Assembly (NCBI GenBank): GCA_036172245.1
Contig: JAYWIR010000013.1
Coordinates: 2,914,001 to 2,978,000 of the forward strand
Origin: Raillietiella orientalis
Taxonomy: Eukaryota
Direction: 5' to 3'
Length of the DNA: 64,000 nucleotides
Part shown: in pieces, positions 1 through 12,822 of the stretch
Numbering within the stretch: position 1 is the stretch's first letter
Layout of the letters: the number at the start of each line of letters is the position of its first letter
Notes under the pieces: generated by a model
Databases searched by the model: none
The model's input: only the letters and a program-made list of their open reading frames with translations
What the model was told of the DNA's origin: nothing
Program-made: the position numbers and the translations under genes

Positions 1-183
1 TCAGAATTTTCATCGATCCAACATAAAAATCCAAAGGGTAAAGTTTATCAGCTTTTTAGTGCATTCAATCCATCCAGTTTTTTCATAACTCAGTTTGAGC
101 GTATAGATGGATCTCTCTGGAAACATTCTTGTACTCTGAAGTGGCCTCAAACCCATATTTTTTATGGATTCGATTGCAATAAA
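1..183 (+). CDS. DHX30: DHX30-like helicase, upstream coding exon (5'-partial, dsRBD-like segment)
   Basis: Frame 1 reads SEFSSIQHKNPKGKVYQLF...WKHSCTLKWPQTHIFYGFDCNK and ends at a GTAAAC donor (184). It splices in phase 0 to [16 protein letters not shown] at 4408, which together give the 'PK..L...TL.WP....G..KK.AE' pattern of the DHX30 N-terminal dsRBD. Confidence 0.8.
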
Positions 184-299
184 GTAAACTAGATTTATCC
201 ATTTTTCTTTTTGTTTTGTTTTTATTTTTCGTCACTGTTGATGTTTATATTGCTTTTTTGCATTTGTAATTTATTTGTACTGTATAAGGTGACTGTACA

Positions 300-3200
300 T
301 GATGGAAAAATAATTAACTGTATTTTGTTGGATTCATATGCTTTGATTTAAATGAGTATATGTTTGTATTAAAATTAGAGAAAAGTGACAAATGTGATTA
401 TAAGATCACTTAATGAAAGATGAGACAGAAATTAATATAATGATGTTTATTTCACAAGCTCAGAATTCATGTATAGAGTTTTGCATTGATAGGTCAGCTG
501 ATCAATGTATTGATCATGTGTTATTGAATTATTAACAGATGATTACTAAGTGAGCTGTATTTTTATTGTGTTATATGGAACACCATTTTTGTGTACGGCA
601 TTAAATGGCAGCAGTTATTTAAATAGAGCAGTTGTGTAGTTCATTCACCTAATGGAACTACAATGAAGATGATCCTTCTGAGGGATTCTCATATTCACTC
701 TTGAGCATGTGATCTCATGTTTTTTAATACTTGTTACATTAACAAACATTTCTTCTTTTGTTTCTTTTATTTTGGTACTTATTTGTTTATTTGTATGATA
801 TGTAAAGTACTATTATCTGTGTCATGGGTTTTTTTGTTGTAGGATCTCACCCTAGAAATAATTTTTATCATTAATCTTCTGACATAGGAAAATCCATCTT
901 CTCTTAAATCTCATCCAGCAAGATTTTTTTTTTCTTACTCTGCTAACCCAAGGTAACATTTTGTCCATTTCCTACTTTTCTCTTATCAGTAGTGCCTTCA
1001 AGCCACTGCTGCAGAGTCTGACAAAAAAATTATTTACAAATGGGTGCTACAAAATGCAACTATTGCCTTATAAGATTAAAGGCAATAGTTGCCCAGCATT
1101 CTTCACCACATAGCTTTTGTGTTCCATCCATTTTGTGTTTGTGTTTAGTCATGCTTGGTATTTAATCATAGCATGGTGTCTATGTATTTCTTCTATGTCT
1201 CAGGAATTTTGATTTACATCTGTAATTGTTTTGTGATTTCTTATGTGCATGATTCCTTCTTGCACATAGCACTTTTTCTTGCCATCATTAATTTTAGTTA
1301 ATGCCTTTGGCATCTAAGAAAATTAACAATTTGATGTATGATTTAAATATGCCTGAGCTTTTGTTTTTGTTGTTCATTTTTCCTTAATCTTTGTACTTCA
1401 TTTGTTTTCTGTGCTGATACGATGAAAAATTTGAAAATTTACGCTGTATTCATTTTTTGCTAAGAAGCCTTTCTTGTAGTCACTCTTTAGCGCTTCATTT
1501 TATTTAATTTTTTTTTCCAGTTGACATATGCTGGCTGCTTTAAAAAGGTGGCATTTCAGCCAACATTTCCGCGTTTTCCTTTTTCAAAAAGTGTATTCGT
1601 TTGTTTTGAGCGTTTGTTTCATTTTTCTTTCCTTGGTACAAATACAACAGTCTTCTATTATGTGGTATTCACGATTGCAGACTTCAGTTTAATGTTTTTT
1701 TCAATGCATAGGCTGACTATCCTTTAATTAAGTTTTCTTTTAACATCCCAAATGCGGTGGTCTTCAAATATGTAGGACATCTAATGGCAGCCAGTTTTTC
1801 ATTCAGCATATTTTGTACTCTGTTTGAAATCCTACCATGCCTAAACAGTTGAGTCAACTTCTTGGTTCCGATCTTTGTTTCATTTCTCGTAATATTCCTT
1901 AACTATGTTCACAATCAGACTCTTGTGCATTCTGTGTTACATTCATATTCGGTGTTTGTTACTTTCTCAGTTTTAGTTAGGATTCACTGTTTAAGGTTTA
2001 CTGCAAGCTATTTTTTGCATACTTGGAACAGGATTGGCACTTGTGCTGAAAAAGTATGCTGATCTATTGCTCCATTTATTTTCTCAGTTCTATTATGTTT
2101 CCTTGTAAACTTTTTGAAAAGTATTTGCAAGCTTTTCACTTTAACTATTAAGAATTTTGTTAGTTTTGACTGTGATGGGTGCATAATCGTTTTCTAATCT
2201 GGAACAGTGCTCAGTTAACATTTTGCCGCAGTTGGTTGGTTTCGTGCTTTTTTTGTTGGCAGACTACTTCATCTAACAAATCGTTTGTTTCCTTCCTTTT
2301 TTATGCAGCATTGTTCCCAAGATCTTTTTTGTTTCAGTAATTCTTCCTTATTCCAGTCATCATTTACCTAACAAATAGATTTGGTGCTGCTCTTTTGTAG
2401 TCTTAATTCTCCGTTTCAGTGATTTGCAATTCACTTCTAGTTTGTTTTCAAACAACAGTCCAAGATTACAAAGTATCTACTGAATTCTATGTGTAATTTA
2501 GTTACAAGTGCTTTAATGCAAATAAAAATAGTGTCTTTATCAGAGAATTATTTATTTTAAAAAGGTTTGTTCCTTCCTAATGTAGTTCCTACACATCTCT
2601 GTTACTAACAACTTTGAATACATGAAATCCTTGTTACTTTTCATTCAAGTGCATTACACATTTGTGACACAGTGTTCATTATTTGCAAATTCAAGGCACA
2701 GATGCGCTTCTACCTTCTTTGCCTTTTTGTAATGAAGCTACTTGATGTTGCACAAACCCAAAAAGATCACATTACATTGGACTGTTCTTTCTAGCTCTGT
2801 TCCACTTGCATCTCATCCAACTTATGCATGCTGAATTGAATTTAATAACATAGATCACCTCTTACCAATTTAATACAATTCCCAAAGATCTTAATATAGT
2901 TAAAAATATCGTTTTGAATATCCTTATATCTCTTAATCCAAAAATAACTTTCTAGTGATTCTTGCTTTTTTGACTTCAAATGTTTCTGTGTTGTCTTAAA
3001 GTATCACTCTTTAAAAGAATAGTCCTTAATAACATTCATATTTAAATTTGTGATGTTTCGTTTTTATTGTTCATTTAAAAGTTACATCACTGAAGTCTGT
3101 TTGATGATTGTGTAACATTTTGTCTGTTTACTTAAATTTTCTTACTTTTCTTCTCTACAAGTGTGGTCCCCAAATGGTATTGGTATTGCATGTCTAATAC

Positions 3201-3744
3201 TGAATCGTGCATCTTGCCTTTCACTTTTGAATTAATGGTTTGTACACAAGCATATCAGCAATCATCATGTATTCTTACATCATCATGAGTAATATCCACG
3301 AATCATTTTATTCAAATCAGGCACCATCTGCTGTTGATTCTCAGCATTAGTTTAAAAATCATCAAATCATTATATTTTGTTTTCATAACTCTCATTTTGT
3401 AGATGCAGCATAGTCAGCCTTAGAATAAATCAGGAATTCATACATGTAACTCATGGTAATTGGTGTAGATTATCATGGAATTTATTTGAAAGAATTTTGG
3501 TGTTTCATTTATTTGAAGAAAAATTGTCATTTTTAAGATCTGTACCTTTCATATTTAGAAGTCTTTTGCTTTGATTTATTGGCTGATTGTTCATGATAAA
3601 TTGCTGTATGTGGGTTGATGACAATCATTGGAACACGAAATTGATATCATGGAAACGTGGAAAATTAGTTGACTCTCAGTGGTTTGATGTGGGGAAATTA
3701 TTGTATTTTGTAAATTTTGGTGTTAGTTTGAGGTGAACAGCCAT
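300..3744 (-). pseudogene. putative decayed coding sequence (K/E/Q/N-rich, coiled-coil-like) nested antisense in the long DHX30 intron
   Basis: The minus strand is strongly A/purine-rich. Overlapping protein-like segments switch frame every 15-40 codons, and no ORF exceeds 60 aa. No family recognised. Confidence 0.3.
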
Positions 3745-4407
3745 TACCAAAATGGAACCCAGCTCTAAGTTACTTAATGAAATAATTAATACTTTGCTAA
3801 TTAATATATGGTAAATACTAATTAGACCAAGAATTGACATATAAAATCAGTCATATACGATTGATTTTTAAAGTCCTTAAAAATCATTGTATATTAAAAC
3901 ATACAATGGTTTAAAGTTATACAACTTTACTGAAGAAAATTTGGATAATAAACATTGTGCACATTATTGACATGCATTGTAACGATGTTTGGTTCTTGAC
4001 AGATCTTGGCTCCCATTCACCTTTGTAGCATATTATTTCTCTAGTTATTTGTATGTTATAAGTGGACTTTTAGTACAATGTCCAAATAGTCATCTACGAA
4101 CTGATGAAATAGGCACGAAAAAAGTAATTTAATTGCGTTGCATTTTTAAAAATAAAAATTGGATGTATCTGGAAAGAGAAATTTCCCTGTGAAAGTTGTC
4201 ATGCTTTTCATATTTTGCTAATTTTATACAATGGTCATTAGAACCATGTTACATATACATATATATAACATCCATATGGTATCCCTAAAGTGGTCTTGAC
4301 TTAAAGTTCTGAGATGCAAAATTCCCCTATTTCGGATTACTGATATTTTTATTTGGAATGACATTTCATTTTATTTTCCCAAAAGTGTAATACTGCATTT
4401 TTCGTAG

Positions 4408-7400
4408 AAAGTTGCTGAACAGATGTCATACTTGCAAATTCTGTGGTATTTGAAAAACAATGCCCTCATTAATGAGAAAGGACATCTTATTCAATATACG
4501 AAAAAAGAACTTCAGAGTTTAAGAAATTCCTGGAACTCTCCGTATCAAATAAGTATACCTACAAACTTACAGTATCTTATTGAGGAAAAGATTTTACTGT
4601 GGCAGGTACATTATGGACATTGACCCAGTAGACGCATTTTTGAATAAATTGTTCTAGGAATATAAACAACACCATGTAGAATATCAGAATTTTTTAACTG
4701 CAAATGCAGCTCCATCAGAAGACTTGTTGGAAAGGGATGAGATGCCTGAACAGTTATTGGCAACAGATCCATATATGGGTAAATGCAAAATGTGCTCTTG
4801 AGAAATTTGGGAACTGCAATTTGAACCATGAATGTAGTGACAGATTGTTCTTGAATCGTGTATATCCATGTCTTAAATAAATGAAAACAAAATTAAAATG
4901 CATAAGAAACTGACTCAATTCATGCCCATATTACTGCATGCTCATATTTCTGCTCATGAACTGACTCAGTTTCTAAGCAGCGAAAAAAAAGAATAGTATA
5001 GAAAGTACTGTTTTTCATCCTCGTCAGCCTATCACAACAGAATATCGGTGAATATGATGACCAATAGGCCCTATCTGAGGTCTGATCTGCAATCACATCG
5101 CAGTTACCAGTTATTAAAACTTCACTTGAATAGAATACGAAATGCACAACAGTGCACCAGATTTCCCACATCTCATCACAGGTATGATTTGTTGTCTATT
5201 ATAGAGTTTATAAATAACAGAACATTTAATCATGATACATTTTAAACAATTACAAGTTATTGCAATTACGATATGTGACTGTTTTGGTGCAAACTCCTGT
5301 GTCAAGATTATTACTTCATTGTAGGTTGGCTGTTTTACAACTTATTGAAGAAAATCAAGTTTGTATAATATCGGGGGAAACTGGCTGTGGAAAAAGTACA
5401 CAGATTCCCCAGTACATCTTAGATTCATACACGGAGAATGGAAAAGGAGGAGAATGCAACATTATTGTGACTCAACCTCGCAGAATCAGTGCCATTTCTT
5501 TGGCTCAGCATGTAGCAAGTGAAAGGGAAGAAAGAGTAGGTTACAGTTCCCAGTTCCCTTTTCTTTTTAATGTTATTATCTCAGCTTGGAGAATCAGTTG
5601 GTTATCAAGTAAGGCTGGAAGGTGTTCGGCCTCCAGAAGCAGGCGGTATATTATTCTGCTCTGTAGGCGTTTTATTGAGAAAGCTCCAGCAACTCTCAAG
5701 TTTAGACACAATAAGTCATGTGGTGGTAGATGAAGTACACGAGCGTTCTGTAGACATTGATCTGTTATTAATTATCCTTAAAGAAGCACTTAGATTTTAT
5801 CCAAACATTCGTATAGTTTTGATGAGCGCATCCATGAATTCCACTGCCTTCAGCAGATATTTTGACAGTGCCCCACATATCCATATACGAGGTCAAATGT
5901 TCCCTGTAAGAGAGTATTTTTGGGAAGATGCTTTGGCTTTAATTAGAAAAAATTGTGCTGCATCTCATACTTCTTATAAATTCAGTCATACACCAATGGT
6001 GGATGTACAATTTGTAACAGATCTCATATACGCTATTGATTCATCCCGACCAGCTGGTTCAATCTTATGTTTTCTTCCTGGATGGCAGGAAATCAAAAGC
6101 GTGCAATCTCTTCTTGAAAGGAGATTTGGAAATTCTAATTGGATTATACCTTTGCATTCACATGTGCAAATGGACGAACAATTACAGGCGTTTAAAAAGC
6201 CTCCACCTGGTATTAGAAAAATTATTCTTGCTACTAACATTGCAGAAACTAGCATCACTATCAGTGATGTTGTTTATGTAGTCAATTGTGGATTGCAAAA
6301 AGAAAATAGGTATTAAGTAACCATTCTGAATTTCATCTTTATCTTGGAGTTCACAGATTTGATCCTGAAAGAGGAATTAGTTGTTTTGATAATTATTGGA
6401 TATCTCTTGCAAATTTGAAACAACGTCAAGGACGTGCAGGAAGGGTACAGCCTGGGGAAGCATTTCACCTGATGCCAAAAACTTATCTAAGTACACTAGA
6501 TGCACATCCTATTGCGGAAATTCAGAGAATTCCTTTGGAACAAGTAGTTTTAAGTGCTAAAGTTAGTGAGCAGAACCCTATATTATCATTGGTGTTTTTT
6601 TGACTATGAAGGTATTCTGCCATGAGCATTCTGCTGAACATTTTCTGTCAAAAGCCTTGGAACCACCATCAATACATTCTATTCATCATGCAGTTAGAGA
6701 ATTGGAAGGATTAGGAATGCTAAATGAGAATGAAGTCTTGACAGCTTTGGGGAAAGCAGCATCAGTATTATCATCATGTCCTCGACTTAGTAAGGCTTTA
6801 ATCTATTCTGTTGTCTTTGGGTATGCATTAAAGTGATTAACTTAAGGAGGCATTACATGCATATTTTTAGATGTGTGGAACCAATGCTAACCATTGCAGC
6901 AAATTGGTCTTCTGGAAAACAGCCATTTCTTAAATTATTAGATGGAAAGCAGGACTCTCGAGAAGTTAAAGCATCCTTTTGTGATCATAGCGATCATTTA
7001 GCAATGGCCAAAATTTTTTGGCACTGGCAGCAGGATGGACATTCCATGGATTTCTGCCGTAAACATTTTCTGTCCCAGAATGCAATGAAGTACATAGCTG
7101 GTAATTAATGGTAAATTACGAGATAAGAGCCAATACAATGGTTAGGAGTTCGCAGATTGCTAGCCCAAAATTTAATGGAGGCTGGATTACTTGAATCAGT
7201 AGAAGTTGCTTTTGACCCATATTCTCTGTGCAATAGAAACATTGATTCGAATGAAATTATAGAAGGATGCCTCCTTGCTGGACTAGCCAGCGCTTCATAT
7301 CCTAATCTGTTGACTATACGTCGAGGACAGTTGCATAAAGGCCGTATTGATTGGGATTCAGTAGTTCTTTTGAACAGGTAAAAGAACATGGTAATTTTTG

Positions 7401-7928
7401 TCATGTAAATAATTACTGTGGATACAGATCAGGCTCCGAAGTTGCTATTCAAAGTGATTCTGTGAATAAAAACAGAAAGAATTTTCCATTGCACCACAGC
7501 CATGCAATGTATTTATGCAGCATGAGATCAAAAGAACGTCGCTGTGAAGTAATTAAGGATACCACCTTGATATCGCCACTGAGTATTATGTTATTTGGCA
7601 ACAGAATGAGAGGCAATATGAAAAGTGACTTTTTATTTTATAGAGACAAACTTAATTTAAGATTTCATGCTTCAGATGAAGAGTAAGTTTACATCTGAAA
7701 TGGCCTGGCATTTCAGTTTTTGTTTTTTCTTCCTATAGGTACAAACAATATTTAGAATTAAATGAAGCCATCACAGAACTTGTTGAAGTGTTTATCACAA
7801 GCAGAAGATTATATCACGCCTCGAAAGTTGATCAGTATTTGTGTGGTTTCGATCAAGTTCTCCTTCAGCTATTTAGATATCAGCAAATTTGCATCCAAGA
7901 TGCTGACAAGTTAGCACATTCAGTTTAA
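4408..7928 (+). CDS. DHX30: ATP-dependent DExH-box RNA helicase, DHX30-like
   Basis: Hand-built GT-AG exons: 4408-4605, 4658-4778, 5028-5181, 5325-5535, 5585-6309, 6357-6561, 6612-6820, 6871-7100, 7146-7377, 7428-7682, 7739-7928 (TAA). Motifs: GETGCGKST (I), TQPRRISA (Ia), DEVHER (II), MSAS (III), FLPGW (IV), TNIAETSIT (V), QRQGRAGR (VI), plus HA2-type SDHL. The dsRBD and DEVH favour DHX30 over DHX36/DHX57. Confidence 0.88.
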
Positions 7929-8000
7929 AGGAAAATCATGACCCATGTAGAATCAGTATCCAGAGGCATAAGTGTAGGATTTATAAATGAAGATAACTCA

Positions 8001-8006
8001 AATAAA
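8001..8006 (+). terminator. candidate polyadenylation signal of the DHX30-like gene
   Basis: AATAAA about 70 nt downstream of the TAA at 7926-7928. Confidence 0.45.
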
Positions 8007-11000
8007 TATATCCAGTTTATCATATATCTTTGAATTATAATTGTAAATGCCTCCAAATTTTGGATTTTGTACCAGGTTTTATAATTATTTCGCTTTATTT
8101 GATTGTTTTGTTCATAATTTTTCAATTTCTGCTTTATATTTAATATCACTGGTAGTACTGTTGAGATACTGTAGGCATTCTATCTATTCGATTCATCATT
8201 TGTTAGCGCCATACAAGTGATTGGTTAGTGAGTTTGCCACATATGTGAAATTTTGTAAAGTGACCCTGGTGGTTATGTACTTTTACTGTTAAGTGCGTTT
8301 TATGACCCGTTTTCTTATCTTATACAAAATTTGTGTAGTGAAAGTCATGATTGGATTCATTTTTCGTGTTTTGATTTTCTTTCAGGTTTGTGAGAATTTC
8401 TCACGTGTTGGAAATTCAACTTTAAAATCATGCTTCAATTGAAAGATTTTTATACTAAAAATTTTATTGTTTATGAATTCCTCAAGGAAATAAAAAATCT
8501 CATATAAAACTGAATTTTGTAAGTTTTAGGAAAATCTAGCTTTGTGAAACTGTTTAACCAAGGTTTTAAAGAATCTTGGTAAACGTTATGAAGGCTTTTT
8601 GAATGAGTCAAGGGTTTCTTTTTTTTTCTTTTTTAATGCATGGGGCGATGAGTGGGGCGCATTCGAAGATGAAGACTATGGAAATAAGCACATGAATTAA
8701 TTTTTAAACATTCTTTCATTTCATGTTGCACTTGTGGTTAGCAAAACCAATGAACATACAATTAAAATTTCATCCTTACTTGTAATTCGTAATTTCAATC
8801 CAGAAAGCGTTTACCAGCGTGGGAGACACTATAAAATAAACGTTTGAATATGTGACAGCGTCCTGATATTTTCTAAAGAATAATTTCTAAGATTAGGTTG
8901 TACAGTAAAGGGGTCAGTTGTTTTTGTGGGCAGTTTTCTTCAAAAGGATTCCCATCGATAGCAATCTTTTTTTTCGCTTATGCCACATGACTTTTAAAGT
9001 ACATTTGAAGCACGCTAGGTCATCCCACCAAAGTTCTACTTTGTGGTTAACCCCCCCCCACACCCCCACCCAAAGTCAGAAATATTCGTGAACGATTTCT
9101 TCCACGTTACAGACTGAAAAGCCACTTCCATGGAGTGTTTGGTTTGGAATTATTGTAAGAGTGCACCTGTGTTTTCCCAGAAACGATCGTTTGCAGATCC
9201 ACTGCGGTTCAAGTGGCTTTCTGGTGGGCAACCATCCAGCCACGGCTTTGCAGCCCCCGGCGAACCTCCTTTTCTGCACGTCGCACCCCCCACCCCCTAC
9301 CTCCCTCCCTCCCTCCTTGTCTGACAGGAGTGCCACGTCTTTCAAAATTGCTGCTATGATAAAAACCGAAAAATGTTAATTTTGGACTCTGAAACTATCT
9401 GAATGTCGGACTCATTTATCATGAATAGGACGCGAGAACAGGTCGACACCAAAGGTCGATAGAATTCAAGTGGCACCTCATTTTCAAGAAGCGGTTTCAA
9501 GCAAAATGTAGGTCCCGTTTCCGTGGAAACTAGGACTGCGGTGGACTCGGGCTTTTTTTCTTTTTCTTCTTCTACAACCGGTAGCCCGTCCGTGCTGTTG
9601 CTGGTGATGACCGGTGGTTAGTTACGTGACGTCACAAATCTGACCATCCGCCACATCGTTCGCTACTAATTTTCTTTAATGGAGGGAAAAAATTCCGATG
9701 TGGCTGCGGCTGATCTCAAACGCGCGCGAAGCGCATCGCCATGAAAATTGCAAGCAATTTCAACTGTCTTGAGATCGTTTTTGGTCCCCCCTCCCCCCTC
9801 TCCCAATTTCGCTGTAGGTGTTCCACATGCAAAGTAAGATTGTCCGTGGGTCGGGACGACTCGGAAGTGCTCGATTTCGTGTTACACTTTCGAAATGCGG
9901 GTTTCCTGTAAACTGTGCAACGAAACCAAACCGGAAATAACATGCAGCAAAGTTGAAAAGGAGAGAACTATTGGCGGCCGTTGTGTTTACATCTTCGCTC
10001 TATGCACCGTGGTGCTTGCAAAAAAAAAAAAAAAAAACAATTACATATCCGCCCCGAGAAAATGTTTTGCATTCTGGCAGGCAGAGTAACTGTCGATGAG
10101 CGGAAACACTTCGCCTCTTTACGATTCTGAACGTTTTGAAACGTATTCTGCTTGGACATTCGGACTTGGAGACCTCACTGCAAGCGTGGTGGTGCTCGTC
10201 GTCCAGCTTTCCTCGCGAGTGCACCAAATGGCAAGAACACGCAGAGGCATCTTTGGAAAATGGCGTTTGATTACCTTTCACAATCTTCAGGATCATCCGT
10301 ATGCATAAGAGCAGATAACCAAACCTAAAAGTTCACAAAGTAAGGATGGATCGTGTACGCAGTGTATCGGAGCTGCTAGGAACGAACAGTCACGCTGTGT
10401 TCTGAAAGTACACACACACACAAATCTCGTTTGCCACCAGGTTTTCCTCGATCCACCTTGAGGAGTTACAAATCTCTGCACATAACCCTTTCGGGTGGCA
10501 GCAGCGGAGAATACTCGAAAGCGCTTATTAGCGTAGAAGACACCGTAAAATACTATAAGAAAAAATGCAAGGGGCAACGTCTTGATTTTCTTGTTGACAT
10601 GCGTAAACATAGTCAAAAACCATCCTGGGGAAACCGTACAAGGCCGGAGGGGGAAGCGTGTCGGACGTGCTCGTCTTGGGTTTGGTTTTTAATGATCCTC
10701 TTGATGAAAACGTGGACTTCAAAACGACCTTGAAAAGAAAGCAGAAGCAGTGCCAAAGAAATCCCATCAGTTTATTGATTGTTTATAACGGAAATGGGTT
10801 ATGACGCACTGCGAAAATTTCACATTTTTTTTTCTGTTCTCCATCACAAAACTCGTTCTGAATCAAACGAATTCCACCGAGTCCTCTGAGGAGTTAAGCA
10901 GAGTGTTTGTGGACATTAGATATGTATGCTCCACCAAGTAACGAAAGAGGATTTAGCATTCCAAATGGAACGGAGAGGGGTGACCACTATGGTGCTCTAG

Positions 11001-12822
11001 GTAGATTTATTTTGTTTCGCCGGAATCAAATGCATGTTTTTTCCTGCCAAGTTCACCAAATGAAACCGACAACAAGATGGAACTTTTTTTCCCTTTTTTT
11101 TTTTTTAAATTCGTAAACTTGAAATTGCCAACTCGTGATTGCAACAAACTAGACCCGGTTTCCAAAAGGCAATTCAGTTATCAGAAAAGGTTGGTTGGTT
11201 ATGGTAAAATAAAAGTCTGTGATTCCTTTGCATCCCCATCCCTCTTCTGCACATGCACCATGGTGTACTGAGCAAAAGAATATTAGATTGTACATAATTT
11301 TACGAATGAGAGCGTCTGGTTAGTATATCGAAGCAATTGTAGTTCATTCTTCGAGATTTCAACTTTGAACAAATTTCCACAATGATAACAACTATTTTTT
11401 CATTTGAAAATTTGAAATTACATATCTGTGTGATTGTATCAGACTTAATCGGAGCAAAAAATTCTAGCGATAGATTTTCAGACTTCTCAGAATTTCTCCA
11501 AAATTGATAAAATTCATCTCAATCTTTATATAATTATAATCTTTACCTCGAAAACGAACAACACAATTTATTTAAGAAAGCGTTTTGGAAATAATGATCG
11601 CTTTACTGTGTACGAAATTCCTTTATGCAAGGAATGATCAGCTCGGAATATTGGGAAAAGATTCTTTTGCTTTGTAAAGATCCTTTATCATTTTTAAATG
11701 CTCGTAACTTTCTAAAATTTAGGATTTTTTATAAACTAGTTGAATTGCACCTTTCCAAAATCGAAATGGATCAACTGATCTAATGGAAATGAATCTAATG
11801 GATATGCTGACTTCTTTTTTTTTTTCCATAAACTCCTACCGATCAAATGATAAAGAAACAGAACTTTACAAGGAATATCTATCAAAGTGCTTGGCTTGGA
11901 CTTGGGAGTTTAAAGACAGGACGAGACTCATATGCTTGATATTCTAAATATTCCAACGACGTTTGGAAACATTTGTATTTTTTCGGAAATCACATACCGT
12001 TTTTTTGTAATCAAAAAAAGGTTAAGATCACTTCTTTCTAAAGTCCCGGCATGGGATATTAAATTACCGGCTTGATGTCGATATTTGGAAAATATCCGTT
12101 TGGGGAGAGCCTGCAGCCGTCAATGACGGAAGATCCAATTTCATAAACCGTTATAAATAAATAAATTTTCCTCCCAGGATCACAGAAATGGTTATGTGTA
12201 TGAGCAATTCGTAATGAACTCTTTGCAGCAGAGATAAAAAATGAAAAATTTCAATTCCGTTTGTTACGCGTCTCTTGATTCCTAACATCTCTTGAAAACT
12301 TTCCTTGTTGAGAAATAACACGTTTTTGGCATTTTCAGTGCCTTTTTAATTTGCTCTTAAGGAATGAATGCTTATCAGCCTTCCTTCCGTCGACGCAAAA
12401 CGTTTTTTCCCTTGTCAAAAATTTTTGCCGTTCAAGCGTACGATGTCTTCAGGTCCGTGATGCTCGTCTGGATGCTGCTGAAATGTCGGTGATGTCCCTG
12501 AAGAATCGAATTTGCCTACTGCGGTCATCATCGCCCTTTCGTTTCGGCCCCGTTCCCCTTTCTCTCTCTTCCAGGGAATCTTGGCCGAAAAAACGGGCGG
12601 GTCGTTGCAGATTGTGGAACAGCGAAGTCGGCAACCCTGGAAGCTTCCAAGTCCAGGGTCGGAGCTTCGTCTGGAAATTTTCCCCATTCGTGAGATTTGC
12701 CCCCCGGTGACGCGCCTGGCCCGTGAGGCATGTGCCAGAGTTTAACTTTGATCCTTCTCGACAACTGGCGTAAACCGACGAGCAATGGAATACGTCCATA
12801 AGCCGTAGTCGTGGAAGCAAAC

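Noticed and set aside
361..3744. One continuous minus-strand ORF read with reassigned stop codons (alternative genetic code or readthrough)
   Set aside because: All three stop types occur at roughly random density, the best-looking peptides lie in different frames, and neighbouring genes use the standard code.
4101..4121. CTGATGA...CGAAA hammerhead-like core (also CTGACGA..GAGA near 43572)
   Set aside because: Stem II or the GAAA is defective, and no flanking stems I/III can be formed.
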